NCBI GenBank assembly: GCA_973895155.1
Contig: OZ316892.1
Coordinates: 2,173,223 to 2,237,222 of the forward strand
Reading direction: 5' to 3'
Source: Marsupella aquatica
Lineage: Eukaryota; Plantae; Marchantiophyta
DNA: 64,000 nt
The notes under the pieces were generated by a model. The model did not search any database. It was given only the letters and a program-made list of their open reading frames with translations, and was not told where the DNA came from. Both the position numbers and the translations under genes were made by a program. Positions 12,498 to 27,315 of the stretch are shown here, one piece after another; the first letter of the stretch is position 1, and every line of letters starts with the position of its first letter.

Positions 12498-15054
12498 CTA
12501 GTAGTCGAAGGTACACGAGGCACGTAAGAACCCAACCCGGCTCTTCTCCAGGTCATACTCAACAAGGAAGTTCTGCTGCGCAACACTGCCGATGACATTC
12601 ATGCTGGCAGTAGCATTTTGAATGCTGAACTGGTAGAGATTATCCGAGAGACGTAGGAGCACATTGTCCTTGGGTAGGAACACTTCGATTTCTTCCTGCC
12701 GTTCACCCTACAATACGGATAGCACCACAAAAACATTTCAATTAATCGTACCTCACTTCATTGAATTTGCGAAATGTAGCCAGGTGAGCAGCTAAAACTG
12801 TCGTAAAGTAATCTATGTCCGACATATTTACACAACCATGATCAGTTATGCATTGGTAAACAAACTCTCCCAAGCGGATTCTCTCACACAGGGACGAGGT
12901 GAATCTGAGATTATAGACCTTCGATCATGAGTTGGAACTGTTGAAATTCTACGACAACACTTGGTCAATGAAATACTCACGTGAGCATGCTTAGACTGCC
13001 ACTTTTGGAAGATGATGCTGACGGTAGGGAACAGATATGCGTCAAAGACATCCCTGGTGAAATTAAAATACCAAATACCGTTCGCATCAATTGATAATGG
13101 TTTTAATGGTGTCAATGTACTGATTCCGTATAAATAGGCCTCCGCAAACTTAGAAAAGTAAGGCTCCCGAAGTTTGGTCAGTGTCGTGCCAGAATCAATT
13201 ATGGTCATAATCTGATTGAGTTGCACTGACTCCAGGGTGAGCTCCTGAGGGTCGATTGAAATGCGAGTTCCTGCCACTGTGATGGCAGTCATGTTCAAAG
13301 CGTAGAATGCATTCACAGGGTTTGGGACAATAGGAGTCCACAGTGTTTTGGACTTGTGTAGGTGTTTGGTAGACGAAAAGAGGGAGTCGGTTTCAGACTC
13401 GTCGATCTCCCCAAACGACAGGAAACTTGTGGTACTATATTCCGCTGCTTCGTTCGGGAAGCAGTACCTGCATATCCGATCCATCAGTAGATCAAATGAT
13501 CAATTATCAGATTAGCTTTAATGCCGACAGCGAAACAGAACACATGCAGCCACTGAAATCCAGAGCAATTTTGAACATGTTCAACCGGAAATTGGACTAG
13601 AGGAGTCTTTGAATCAAGGCAAGTAGATCCAAATCAAGCTAGATTTTCAGTCCTAGTTAGATGTATCAATCTATCCAGCTAACGCTATATTTGCATGATA
13701 ATGTACTTAGAAGTTGGTCTCTTGAAACGGTTACTTCTTCTCTCGCTTCTTCTCCAGAGTAGAACCTGAACGGGTTATCGATCCAGCATGGTGCGTGGAC
13801 TCGGGCTTCTGCATGGAAGGGACTGGGGTTCTCTTCAGGTTCTCAAAGATTCCCTGGTCTCTGAATTTCACGTCTTTAGAGTATGAGCACATTCCTGACT
13901 GAGTGATTCAACTTGCAGTGATGATGAGGTAGCGCTTACCGGAACTGCTTGGAGAATTTTTTAAACTTGCCATTACTTAGCGTTCGGAGCTGTGCCAAGA
14001 ATGGAGATGCACCTCCCAGCTGTGGTGCCGGAATCAAACCCATGATCCCAGAGAGTGCAAGAAAACCAGTGTTGTTGAGAGCAACACCGAACTCAAACTC
14101 TGGAATGACGACCTGGTGGCCGTCTCCAGAACCAATGGTCAGCGTTTCTCTCGCTTTGTACCCGATGGCAACAACACTGCCATCACCATATGAGCCGGTC
14201 CACGGGACATAGGAGCCGTTCACAATTTCTCTCTCGAGGGTGGATGAGATAGTGGGGTCATATGTAGGCAGAATCTCAGTAAAGCACTTGATGCATTGCT
14301 TGCTTTGGGCCCAGAAATCTGAGCTTCCAGTGTCGATCTGCAGAAGCAAACTCTGTCGCAATACATACAAAGTTCCACAGTTATTATTTCGTGCCTTAAT
14401 TAGATGTAAACCTTTGGGAGGATCCATGCCGGCCCGTCCACCTTAGAGCTGAATCCAATTTCATATGAACGGGCAATGATGGGACAGCGTTCTAGCTGAA
14501 CAAGCTATAGTTACTTGCAGTGAAATTAATTAAGAATGTAAACTGTCCAACTGCCATCAGATTGTTTCTGCATTTCAAGCATCTTGAGATCGAATTGACG
14601 GTACGCGAATACAGGTGAGCTCTTACTTCGGGAACAACTTGTTGTACAAAGCCAAGAGGAAGCGTACCTGCGGGGGAGTGCCGATCTGCAGTTGCGCAAA
14701 GAATGTACCTTGATGAACGTTAATGTCGGTCGCCGGGACTGTGAGTGCATCCGGCTTCCTGCGGAGCCCTCGACGAAGAGATTCCGGGATGTCCGACTGA
14801 GCGCGCTGAGAGCTGGAGTCCCTGGTCGGCTGCGGCATCCTGACCTCTCGGCGTACGATGGGGAAACTGTTCCTTGGAACAGCGCCATAGATCTCTTTCA
14901 AGGTAGGGACGTGTTCCAGTCCCTCGTCAGATGATGCACAAACTCGCGGGGAGCTGAAAACTGAAGTGAAAGCAAGGGTGAGAACGAGGAGAGACAAGTC
15001 ACGATGGAGCCCATTCTGTTTCACCCATATTCTGGATGCATCGGACGCAGCCAT
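12498..15054 (-). CDS. Aspartic protease A1, copy 2 (coding identical to copy 3)
   Basis: Exons 15054-14668, 14352-13940, 13467-12981 and 12707-12498; DTGS and DSGT intact. Confidence 0.93.
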
Positions 15055-17921
15055 CTTTCTTCGTTTCAGCCGATAGCTACTCACACCTGCAGCTCGATGA
15101 ATGATTGATCCTTCAGCTGATGATTAGCGTTGGTAGAAAATTTACGCCCTGAGCGTGATTGCATTCTGTGCTACTGCTCTTATAGGTGTTCCTGATCGAT
15201 GTGTGCGGCTGAAGCCTAGTGTTGTAGAAAACCGCCTCACCTCTCTACTCAGCTGGATCTCGTGTTGTTTGTTTAATTAATAAATCGTTACGAGATTAGA
15301 GTGGGTCTCACTAATTGTATCCAGTTCACTTTCCCTTCAGTAAGTTAGCAGGACTTCTCTTCGAAATGGTCAGAAGTCAGGCTAATTACGCAATGAGAAA
15401 GATGGGGAGCTGTCTAGCTAGGTTAGTGCGCTAAACACTTAGAAATGGTCAACTATCCTGCCGCGATAGTGGGCCAAATTAGATTACTAAGGTGAGCTGT
15501 GCAACTAATAAAATTATAAATAATTTGACTTACTTTGACTTGACCATGCAAAGACTACACGTATACAGTCAACAGTATCTATGAATATAATTATGGCAAG
15601 TCACCCTCTTGCATATTTTGAAAACCTGTGAACTTCCTTAAACGGCAAGTCATTGCCTGAGCACTTGTCACATAGCTTGTATTATCCATGGAGAGAGTTG
15701 GGGCCCAGATGTTCGACACGTTAGGTACTAAAACTATTGAAAATATGAATGGTGAGATTACGAAATTGTCACAAAATTCATAACAACAAGAGCTATACTA
15801 GACTAGTAAGGTACAAAGGTATTTCCTAAACGAATTTTAACAAGCCCTACACAAACTGATGGGTCTCGATAACTGTACATCAAAATATGATATATACTAT
15901 GTACAACACCCCTGCATATGCATACAGTGATAATACTAGTTTTTTCCTTTCAATCAATGAATGCAGTTACATTTTGATGTGTGATTACCAGCGTGTACAG
16001 ATTCAGAAACTAGAAGGGTGTCAAATAAGAATTTGTAAAAGGTCTCAGGTCTAGGGGGGTTCCAAAGGGCTCGGTTCATACTGGCTTCAATTTGGACAAT
16101 ACCAGCTTTGGAAAACATTCTCTCCCCTGGACACGTGATGATCACCTCATCCAGAACCAGCTTCTGTAATAAATGTCTAACGTGGCCGTTTGTTGACCGG
16201 ATTACCCAATCGAGGACCGTGCTTTGCATCTACGCATGGGATCATTTTCTCCAATTCTGCATGCCCTTTGGCGACGTACGAGTCCTGAGCAGCGACCCTG
16301 TACGGCACGTGGGCTATTTTTGTCAGTATGAGGGTAGGGCCTCTCTATGCCCAGATACTCCTATGGGGGCAATTCTTATCCTGTCCAATCATGATTTGGA
16401 TAAAAGAGTACCAAATTATTTATAAAGTAAACGCAAAAACAAAAGTGGTCCCTAGAGGATAAACAAGGAACACAAAGAAAGGGCACGTGCATACTGCAAA
16501 CTAAGCCAATGATAAGCCAATAGTGTGGTTCTGTAATGGGAGGAGTTTATTAGCGTCTTGACTAAGTCTTAAATATTGTGATTCTTTAATGGACGAGGTC
16601 TAGTGTCTTGACTAATTCTGTAATTGTGTGATTCTGTAATGATACACATCTCATAACTAAGTTTGCAAGTGGGACATGGATGCACTCGGGTACTGGACAA
16701 GGGGTGATTCAGGGGTGGATCCAAACAATTTACTAGGAGTAAGGGCCCAAGGAGAGATTAATTTTTTGAGGTGTTGGACTGCTGGAGCACATACTCATTC
16801 TATGGCCAGCAGTCCAATTTGCAAGCAATCATTTATCATACATGGGAGCTCCAAACCATTATCCAGGCCATGCGTTAAATCAATAATTAATTCTCTTGAA
16901 ACCTAAGAGTTCTAGCTCGATCTAATGTGGATCATATAGTATCGATCTATCCCAAATAGATCTGTCCAGTATACAATTAATTCAAACTACAATTAGATTT
17001 TCCAATATTGTATATGACTGGGTATGTGAGGATATGCTTACTACACCCCCTTCTGGGAAAACTTTACTTGTTCTTATAAGGTGAGTTTCTGGCTTAGAAG
17101 GACAAAACTAGGTGAATTGTGACTTGCCTTTCAACCACAAACCATGCTCAAATTCATAGTGATTCTGACTCCTTGAACTGCAGCCGGGGCTCAAACTGAA
17201 CTGTAGGTGTTTCTTCATTTTAGTGCCACCAGCCTGTGCATTGACATTAGGGTTAATTCTCATGCGAATTCATTCACGTGTTTGTAAACATCATAATTCT
17301 GCATTTCTGCAATATTTCCAGTTACATCTTTTTCATCCACGCTCAAACGGGTGACGAGTTCCCTTGGATTTTCACGAGGCTCACGGACTTGTCATATTCG
17401 ATTGCACAGGAAAATAAGGTACTGTTGCACAGATGGTTGAATAAGTAAATGATGTCAGTTCCTGGAACGTGTAAATGGGTGTGTAAATTGTGGAAACAAT
17501 GTCAGTTCCTAGAACATCTAAACTGAGGAAATGGCGTCATGGCCTGCATAACCCTTTTGCTTGTGATTGAGTAAATATATTTGAGCAGTTTTGTTGTTTT
17601 GACAAGGTTGACCTCAGTGTGGTACTGATGTGCACATTGAAGTACAAGATGGCAGCTGATGTAAGTGAACTAAGTCTTTGGTGTAGAGGGGATCTATGTG
17701 AGATGGACATCCCCAATTCTGATAGGCAATCATCACAAAAAGGAGCTAGGCGGGGAACAACAGGAAGACATCTGAAAAATCTGACATTAATCCTGGTTGC
17801 GAAGAGTTCTGAAGAACTTGAATCATTAATATTTCTTTGCCTTATAAAGTTCTCTTGTCTATGTTGTATGAATTGCAGTAGATATAAAACTAGTACTCTT
17901 TTAAAGTTCCATGCTGGCTTA

Positions 17922-19535
17922 CAGTCGCGGAACTCGACTACCTTAACACTTAGCTCTGGCGTCGCTGACTCCGACGTCGAGCTCCCTTATGGTCCAGGCC
18001 CGGATAGGCCATCCGGGGAGGACTTAGCATGGGGAGACTTGTGGGCAATGAGACGTGGCACTAGCGAGGCAAGGGGCCAAGCTGGGGACACACACTAGGG
18101 ACTTGGACTAGCCTATGGCTGGTTGGGTCAAGGGGAAATGGGCCGGACTCAAGGGTGGCCGTCCGGACCATCGGATGGGCTTTGAGTTTTGAGGGCTTGG
18201 GAGTGAGCTCCTCTTGGGCCCAAGGCCAATGGAGTTGATGCCATTGGCAACAGACGCTTGGGGCGCAAGTTGTGGCCCAATCCGGGTTGGGCCGGTCGGG
18301 GGCCCCGAGCGGTGATCAGACCTGAGGGCCTAGGCATGAGCACTGGGTCGGCCCAGTCACAACGGGCTAAGGCACTCCGCTTGCGGATGCCTATCAAGAA
18401 AGTTATGGGCGTAGTCAGTTGGTGGCGCGCCCATTATGCGCGATGGGATCCGGGCTGGGGGCCAAATGTTTAGGGACCAAAGCTGGTCCGGGGGTGGCAG
18501 GTCCCCAGAAGCATATTTGAGGGGAGTGGTGTGTCCCTGGGGGCTAAGGGCGAGCCGAAGTCGTGAGCCGCGGCGGTCGCGACATTAAGGGAAACCGCCA
18601 AACGGAAATGACGATATCTTCCCAACGGGAAGTCCGTTGGAGGACTTCTTGGGTTCGTTGGAAAGCTCTTAAAAAGGGCTACGCCCTCCTGAGCTCAGAT
18701 GGGTCCGGGGGTGCCATGGGTGCTCGTGGTTTGCGGGTGTTAGCTCGCCCGCTTGCCAAATCCTGCCGAACAGCAGCCAAGCTGCGTTCAGCCTCCCAAG
18801 GGAGCTTGCGTTGGGGAGGCAAGGCCAAGTAGGTATGGAGGCTGAGTCCCAAGGGCGCTCGGTCCCTAGACCATCAGTGGGGCGAACCGGGAGCGGTTGT
18901 TAGAGTTGGGGCCATTATGGTCCCGGCGTGTTGAGACAAGCTCGGGACAAGCTTTAGGACAAGCTACGCTATTTGGGCCATGAGCATGTCCTGAGGTCAG
19001 GGCGGTCAGTTGGTGATGGATAGGTATGAGGGGGAACCCGGGCCGTGCCCAAGGAAGGAGCTGTCCTGGACGGACAGTGGCGTGGGTTCTGGTTCCGGCT
19101 TATGGCATCGGGAGGACCTATCGCTGACCTATTTACCAACGTCTGTTGAGCTTGAGTTAGGATGCTAGACTTGGCGAGTTCTAGATCCGGAGGGGTCACT
19201 TACCGAGGTGTTTGGTTGCTTGTGCAGACAGTGCGGACCGTTGAGTAGCGGTCGTGTAGGTGAGCAAGTGCGGCTTCGTATGGGAGTGGCCACTGGTGGT
19301 GCTAGAGGCACTTGGATGCTTGCTTGAGGTATTCTGTGGAGGCGTTCGGGCACCAAGGGCACTTAGGCGCAAGTGCTGGGATTGGCGAGGGCGTTGGGTG
19401 GCAAGGTCCACCACTCTTACTCTTTGAGGTTCCATTCAAAGATCTTGTCCTTGACAATAATACTACTCTCTGAAGTTCTTGCACTTGAAAGATGTTCTCC
19501 ATTATGTCTTCACATTCTGGTCCCGAGTACCTACA
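17922..19535 (-). mobile_element. Duplicate of the GC-rich decayed repeat at 8757-10370
   Basis: Identical sequence at +9165. Confidence 0.5.
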
Positions 19536-20746
19536 CAACTCTTGTCTAATAGACAGGGGTCTACATTTTTATATGGACTAAAAGGTTTCCAAATATAGTA
19601 ACATGAATGTCTTCTTTGTGGATTGCAATAGCAGGTACATGCACCACTTGGATCTCTGGATCCTTGGGGGCCTCACTCCAAGGGAGATCCCATATCACGT
19701 GCAAAGTTTTCATATAAGAAACACCCTAAAATTTAAGAAAATGAAGTAGATTTTTAGTATTTTTAAACCATAACTTTATGATATATTTTGGGAATAAATT
19801 CCCATATTTGGTATTAAAAAACCCTATAGACCTTATAACTCTCAAAATTGGATTAAAAACCCCTATATTTTTTCAACAAACTTTTAAAGTCTTCCACGTA
19901 GACTTTAGAGATGGTTGAAAGTTGGGGCGACCCTTGATCAATTATTCTTCTCTGCATGCATGGGAATCCTTTTGAGCCTGAGACACTACAAGAAAAATTA
20001 TTTTACCTTTTTGGGAGTAATATTCACAACTTTATGTACCTTAAATAATATTTCTTTTCTCATTTATCTACAGACGATAGTACTAAAGGCCTTTTTGTTA
20101 CCATATATTTGGGGGAGATTGCTTACAGTTGGAGCAACCCTATGGCTTAGCACTCTTTCCAACTCCAGGAAGCCAGCTAGCCCTTCTGGTCCCTCGATTC
20201 TCTATAGCACCCAGAACTGAATATTAATTTTCCAGCTGCTCAGAACCATTGTAAGTGGCCTCACCTTAATTCGGAAATTACATAGCGCCCAGAGAGAGAT
20301 GACTTTGTGGTAGCTCATTTGAGTAGAGACTGATGGGTCTTGGGTTCAACTGTTGTGGTTGACATTTCCTGACTATTGTGGTTTCCCTAGTTTCTGTGAG
20401 GTCTCACATATTTCCCCTTTGAAAAAAAGAAAGAATTCAAATAAAGAAAAAGGAAATGACATAGCATGTTGAACATGCTTCTGGTTTTGTTTCGAAGTGA
20501 CCCATTGAAGGTTTTTAACTCTATCTTGTAGACCAGATTGTTAGGTTACAAGGTAAATATTAGTGGAAACTGTGGATATACATAATTTGACTTGAAAAAG
20601 GTACAAACTGTGGATATACATAATTTGACTTGAAAAAGTCAGGCTCTAGACTAGATCCATTATCATGGGTCACATAAGTCGTGTACTCAAAGGATATTAA
20701 CTTACTTTTAAACTTCTTGAAACCAAATGGAGTATGATGATAAATA

Positions 20747-21261
20747 TCTAACACTATAATAGGCAATGCCGCCCATTATTTTTGCCAATTTCGTCCGTTG
20801 TCCCGTTACGATATTGAATTTCAGCATTGAATCAAACTTGACCGTCAGATACAAGCATCTGATTTTTTTTGTATCCGTCCGATCTTTTAATACCATCTTC
20901 AAACGAGGCAAGTAGGCAGGTGCAGTCCCGTGCGAATGCTCCCTCGCACTCCTCCCCTCCGTGCACTCATTATGCCTAGCATCAAGGACGCGAGGGCGCG
21001 TGGCATCAAGGGCATCATGAAGGCGAGCCGGCAACAGGGTTGATGCCTCACGCATAGGGCTTCGAGCCCTCCTCGCAATTAATACTCCTCCCCTCCGTGG
21101 AGTCCATGCACTCATTATAGGGCTGCTAACGCCCTCCCCTCGCCTGGCCTTGCTGCACTAATTATAGGGCCACGGAAACAAAGACCAGACCAGGCACAGA
21201 CCAGACCAGGCACAGGCATCGGCCCTCCTTGCACAGTGCGTTTGCACCGGCATAGGGCTCG
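20747..21261 (+). mobile_element. Non-autonomous Helitron (duplicate of 11582-12096)
   Basis: Identical at +9165. Confidence 0.7.
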
Positions 21262-21662
21262 TATGTATATATGTATATATATATATATATATCACCTTTA
21301 TCCAAAATGGATGTCCCAGTACCATTTCAAGGAGCTTCAAACCACAAGTGCTGAAAACCAGTATTGTACCAACAAAAACGAAAACTAAACAGCACCGTAA
21401 TTCAGCTAGAAATGAATGCTGTCAGTGTTGATGAGGAAATCCGAGGAGAGTCAGAAGCCCGTGATTCTAACGAGAAGCACTTCTGAGTTAAGGAACGAGA
21501 GGAGCCCATGACGTCTAACGCAACTCTATACATACAATCTTTGCGTACTTACCCCACCTCGTTTTATTATCTGTTTGTCCTTCCATGTGTAATCCATGAT
21601 CTTCCGCCAACTACCGCAGCTAGAGTCATGACCGGGCTAGTTGTGAGATATTCGTGATACAT

Positions 21663-24219
21663 CTAGTAGTCGAAGGTACACGAGGCACGTAAGAACCCAA
21701 CCCGGCTCTTCTCCAGGTCATACTCAACAAGGAAGTTCTGCTGCGCAACACTGCCGATGACATTCATGCTGGCAGTAGCATTTTGAATGCTGAACTGGTA
21801 GAGATTATCCGAGAGACGTAGGAGCACATTGTCCTTGGGTAGGAACACTTCGATTTCTTCCTGCCGTTCACCCTACAATACGGATAGCACCACAAAAACA
21901 TTTCAATTAATCGTACCTCACTTCATTGAATTTGCGAAATGTAGCCAGGTGAGCAGCTAAAACTGTCGTAAAGTAATCTATGTCCGACATATTTACACAA
22001 CCATGATCAGTTATGCATTGGTAAACAAACTCTCCCAAGCGGATTCTCTCACACAGGGACGAGGTGAATCTGAGATTATAGACCTTCGATCATGAGTTGG
22101 AACTGTTGAAATTCTACGACAACACTTGGTCAATGAAATACTCACGTGAGCATGCTTAGACTGCCACTTTTGGAAGATGATGCTGACGGTAGGGAACAGA
22201 TATGCGTCAAAGACATCCCTGGTGAAATTAAAATACCAAATACCGTTCGCATCAATTGATAATGGTTTTAATGGTGTCAATGTACTGATTCCGTATAAAT
22301 AGGCCTCCGCAAACTTAGAAAAGTAAGGCTCCCGAAGTTTGGTCAGTGTCGTGCCAGAATCAATTATGGTCATAATCTGATTGAGTTGCACTGACTCCAG
22401 GGTGAGCTCCTGAGGGTCGATTGAAATGCGAGTTCCTGCCACTGTGATGGCAGTCATGTTCAAAGCGTAGAATGCATTCACAGGGTTTGGGACAATAGGA
22501 GTCCACAGTGTTTTGGACTTGTGTAGGTGTTTGGTAGACGAAAAGAGGGAGTCGGTTTCAGACTCGTCGATCTCCCCAAACGACAGGAAACTTGTGGTAC
22601 TATATTCCGCTGCTTCGTTCGGGAAGCAGTACCTGCATATCCGATCCATCAGTAGATCAAATGATCAATTATCAGATTAGCTTTAATGCCGACAGCGAAA
22701 CAGAACACATGCAGCCACTGAAATCCAGAGCAATTTTGAACATGTTCAACCGGAAATTGGACTAGAGGAGTCTTTGAATCAAGGCAAGTAGATCCAAATC
22801 AAGCTAGATTTTCAGTCCTAGTTAGATGTATCAATCTATCCAGCTAACGCTATATTTGCATGATAATGTACTTAGAAGTTGGTCTCTTGAAACGGTTACT
22901 TCTTCTCTCGCTTCTTCTCCAGAGTAGAACCTGAACGGGTTATCGATCCAGCATGGTGCGTGGACTCGGGCTTCTGCATGGAAGGGACTGGGGTTCTCTT
23001 CAGGTTCTCAAAGATTCCCTGGTCTCTGAATTTCACGTCTTTAGAGTATGAGCACATTCCTGACTGAGTGATTCAACTTGCAGTGATGATGAGGTAGCGC
23101 TTACCGGAACTGCTTGGAGAATTTTTTAAACTTGCCATTACTTAGCGTTCGGAGCTGTGCCAAGAATGGAGATGCACCTCCCAGCTGTGGTGCCGGAATC
23201 AAACCCATGATCCCAGAGAGTGCAAGAAAACCAGTGTTGTTGAGAGCAACACCGAACTCAAACTCTGGAATGACGACCTGGTGGCCGTCTCCAGAACCAA
23301 TGGTCAGCGTTTCTCTCGCTTTGTACCCGATGGCAACAACACTGCCATCACCATATGAGCCGGTCCACGGGACATAGGAGCCGTTCACAATTTCTCTCTC
23401 GAGGGTGGATGAGATAGTGGGGTCATATGTAGGCAGAATCTCAGTAAAGCACTTGATGCATTGCTTGCTTTGGGCCCAGAAATCTGAGCTTCCAGTGTCG
23501 ATCTGCAGAAGCAAACTCTGTCGCAATACATACAAAGTTCCACAGTTATTATTTCGTGCCTTAATTAGATGTAAACCTTTGGGAGGATCCATGCCGGCCC
23601 GTCCACCTTAGAGCTGAATCCAATTTCATATGAACGGGCAATGATGGGACAGCGTTCTAGCTGAACAAGCTATAGTTACTTGCAGTGAAATTAATTAAGA
23701 ATGTAAACTGTCCAACTGCCATCAGATTGTTTCTGCATTTCAAGCATCTTGAGATCGAATTGACGGTACGCGAATACAGGTGAGCTCTTACTTCGGGAAC
23801 AACTTGTTGTACAAAGCCAAGAGGAAGCGTACCTGCGGGGGAGTGCCGATCTGCAGTTGCGCAAAGAATGTACCTTGATGAACGTTAATGTCGGTCGCCG
23901 GGACTGTGAGTGCATCCGGCTTCCTGCGGAGCCCTCGACGAAGAGATTCCGGGATGTCCGACTGAGCGCGCTGAGAGCTGGAGTCCCTGGTCGGCTGCGG
24001 CATCCTGACCTCTCGGCGTACGATGGGGAAACTGTTCCTTGGAACAGCGCCATAGATCTCTTTCAAGGTAGGGACGTGTTCCAGTCCCTCGTCAGATGAT
24101 GCACAAACTCGCGGGGAGCTGAAAACTGAAGTGAAAGCAAGGGTGAGAACGAGGAGAGACAAGTCACGATGGAGCCCATTCTGTTTCACCCATATTCTGG
24201 ATGCATCGGACGCAGCCAT
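21663..24219 (-). CDS. Aspartic protease A1, copy 3
   Basis: Exons 24219-23833, 23517-23105, 22632-22146 and 21872-21663; catalytic motifs intact. Confidence 0.93.
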
Positions 24220-25245
24220 CTTTCTTCGTTTCAGCCGATAGCTACTCACACCTGCAGCTCGATGAATGATTGATCCTTCAGCTGATGATTAGCGTTGGTA
24301 GAAAATTTACGCCCTGAGCGTGATTGCATTCCGTGCTACTGCTCTTATAGGTGTTCCTGATCGATGCGTGCGGCTGAAGCCTAGTGTTGTAGAAAACCGC
24401 CTCACCCCTATTCCGCTCGATCTCGTGTTCTTTGAGTAAGTAATAAATCATTACCAGATTAGAGCGGGGGTGTCACTAATTGTATCCAGTTCACTTTCCC
24501 TTGAAATGGTCAGAAGTCAGGCTAATTACACAATGAGAAAAACGGTCAGCTGTCTAGCTAGGTTAGTGGGCCAAACACTTATTCTCTTAGAGATGGTCAA
24601 CTATCCTGCCGCGTTAGTGGGCCTAAATTGGATAACTAAGGTGAGCTGTGCAACTAATTAAATTCTAAATAATTGGACTTAGTTTGACCAGGCAACGACT
24701 CTATCCATCAAGTCAACTATGTGTGAATATAATTATGGCAAGTCACCCTCTTGAATCCTTGACAACGTTACCTGTGAACTTGCCTGAGCACTTGTCACAC
24801 AGCTTACAGTGTTATCCATGCAGAGAGTTGGGGCCCAGATGTTTGACACGTGTGGTACTCAATATTTTGAAAATGTGATTACTGAGATCAACAAATTTTA
24901 ACAAAAACACTCTTATTCTTAGTGATTATTACAGTAGCTATACTAGACTAGTAAGGTAGAAAGGTCTTAAGTTCCCCAACCCAATTTTAACAAGCCCTAG
25001 ACTGATTCAGAAACTAGAAGGGTGTCAAATAAGAATTATTTTGTAAAAGGTCTCATGTTAAGGGGGGTTTCAAAGGGCTCGGCTCATACTGACTTCAATT
25101 TGGAACATAGTTACCAGCTTTGGAAAAACATTCTCTGCCCTGGACACTTGATGATCACCTTATCCAGAGCCAGCTTCTGTAATAAATGTCTAAAGTGGGC
25201 GTTTGTTTACTTCATTACCCTATGAGGACTGTGCTTTGCATCTAA

Positions 25246-25593
25246 GGGCCATCTTGCATGTGAGGGTCCTCTAATTATAGACCCTTTAAGTGATCAGGTG
25301 GCAGATGCTTACTCTTGAGCCTTCCTTGCCTCACCTTCCTGGTGTGCCAGTCCTCACTGCAGCAATTCCGTTTTCTAAAGGGTCCCAACCTTTCAAATTC
25401 ATAAACCACAAAATTACACTGATAACAACAAAGGGATTGAAACTACAAAGGAGGAAACCCTACTGAGTGAGTGTGAGCATGACACAGATTGCCTTGGAGG
25501 ATTGTGCTTTGATTTGGTCATACACTTTTTCCTGTCTTTTGTGGGCAAGTAAAGGCCACTTTTTAAAGGACTATTGCACATGCAAGACAGCCC
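25246..25593. mobile_element. Tourist-like (PIF/Harbinger) MITE, 348 bp
   Basis: 17-bp TIRs gggccatcttgcatgtg / cacatgcaagacagccc (2 mismatches) with TAA on both sides. The empty site gcatcta(c/t)gcatggg is seen at ~7060, 16225 and 34338. Confidence 0.85.
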
Positions 25594-27315
25594 TAAGCAT
25601 GGGATCATTTTCTCCAATTCTGCATATCCTTTGTTGATGTACAAGTCCTGAGCAGCAACCCTATAGGGCACGTAGGCTGTTCTAGTCAACATGAGGGTAG
25701 GACCCAACTTATTTTTTAAGGTTTTTTTAAATTTTTCGCCAGGGTGACTAGTGTTGGCTTCTCTAAGGGAGTAGATTCTAGGAATATTCTCTATCAGATT
25801 TTACTAAATTAAATCACTCTCAATATCCCTAGATTTAAGGAGTATCTTTAGATTGTGGGGTTTATAATTTGGTGAAAAAATGGGCAATGGTGTTTAAAAA
25901 ATCTAGGGAATATGAGCCAAAAGTGGCCAACATTTATTGGGGAGGTGGAATTTGGCTGAAAGTCGCACTTAAAAAATAAGCTGGTAGGGCCTCTCTGTGC
26001 TAAAATTTGAAAATACTAGACGACAAACTATTTCACTTTTTTGGGAGCAGTCTTGACAGTCTTAATTAAGTACCTCAAAGAATATTTATTTTTCCATTTA
26101 TCTAGGTGTGATAGTATTAAAATCTTTCTATTACCATTTGGGGGAGATGGTTTAAAGTTGGAGCGACCCTTGATTAATTATTCTTCTCTGCATGGGAATC
26201 CTTTTGAGCCTGAGACACTACAAGAAAAATTATTTTACCTTTTTGGGAGTAATATTCACAGCTTTAATTATGTACCTTAAAGAATATTTATTTTCTCTTT
26301 TATCTACATACTATAGTACTAAAGGATTTTTTGTTACCATATATTTGGGGGAGATTGCTTATAGTTGGAGCAACCCTATGGCTTAGCACTCAGTCTTTCC
26401 AACTTACTCCGACCAGCAAGCCAGGCCTTCTGGTCCCTTGCTCCTCTATAGCACCCAGAACTGAGAATTCATTTTCCAGCTGGGCAGAACCATTGTAAGT
26501 GGCCTCACCTAAAGAAATGACATAGCATGTTGAATATGCTTCTGGTTTTGTTTCGAAGTGACCCATTAAAGGTTTTTAACTCTATCTTGTAGACCAGATT
26601 GTTAGGAATAGGTTACAAGGTAAATATTAGTGGAAACTGTGGATATACATAATTGGACTTGAAAAAGGTGTGTACTAGACTAGATCCATTGATCATGGGT
26701 CACATAAGTAGTGTACTCAAAGATATTAAGTTAGTTTTAAACTTCTTGAAACCAATATAGCATGTTCATCCTCCTACATGCCTATTTTGACTTAATATCT
26801 AAAAGAATTGAAATGAGGCAACATTTTAATTTCATTAGTTTATGAAAAACAAGTATTGAAAGAATGATTATAAGAAATTTTATGAAAAAATTACACACCT
26901 TTTTAAAAGTGAGAAAAGTACAATATTACATGTGCATTAATTGTAGGTACTAGTCAATGTATTTGTATAAGTACATCACTTTATGATTCAAATAGCGTGA
27001 GCTACTGAACTTTGTTTTTAAGAATTTATGCTTTATTTGGGCTCTTTATTTAGGTGACACCTGTTCATGAATAAACCATGAACAATGTGAATACTATAAC
27101 CAATGGAATATAAGGTGCCTTCCTCAATTAATAGTGTACTAGTTGCTTGGTTGAAGGGTCCATATGAAAAAAATATGCCCCTCAAAATGTTAAAAAAATA
27201 TAGGGGACCTCATATAAACTAAAGAAATTAAAGAAGTTAAAAGGGATGCCAAAAATGACTAAATTATAAATAATACCTGGCTTAAGCATGGACTAGGCCA
27301 AATTAACATAGAAAT

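Larger units (their letters stand above)
5963..15127. repeat. 9,165-bp tandem duplication, unit A
   Basis: Every ORF in the track recurs at exactly +9165. The only difference I noticed is T7728 vs C16893. Confidence 0.95.
15128..24292. repeat. 9,165-bp tandem duplication, unit B
   Basis: Copy of 5963-15127; identity at the +9165 offset continues to 24331. Confidence 0.95.
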
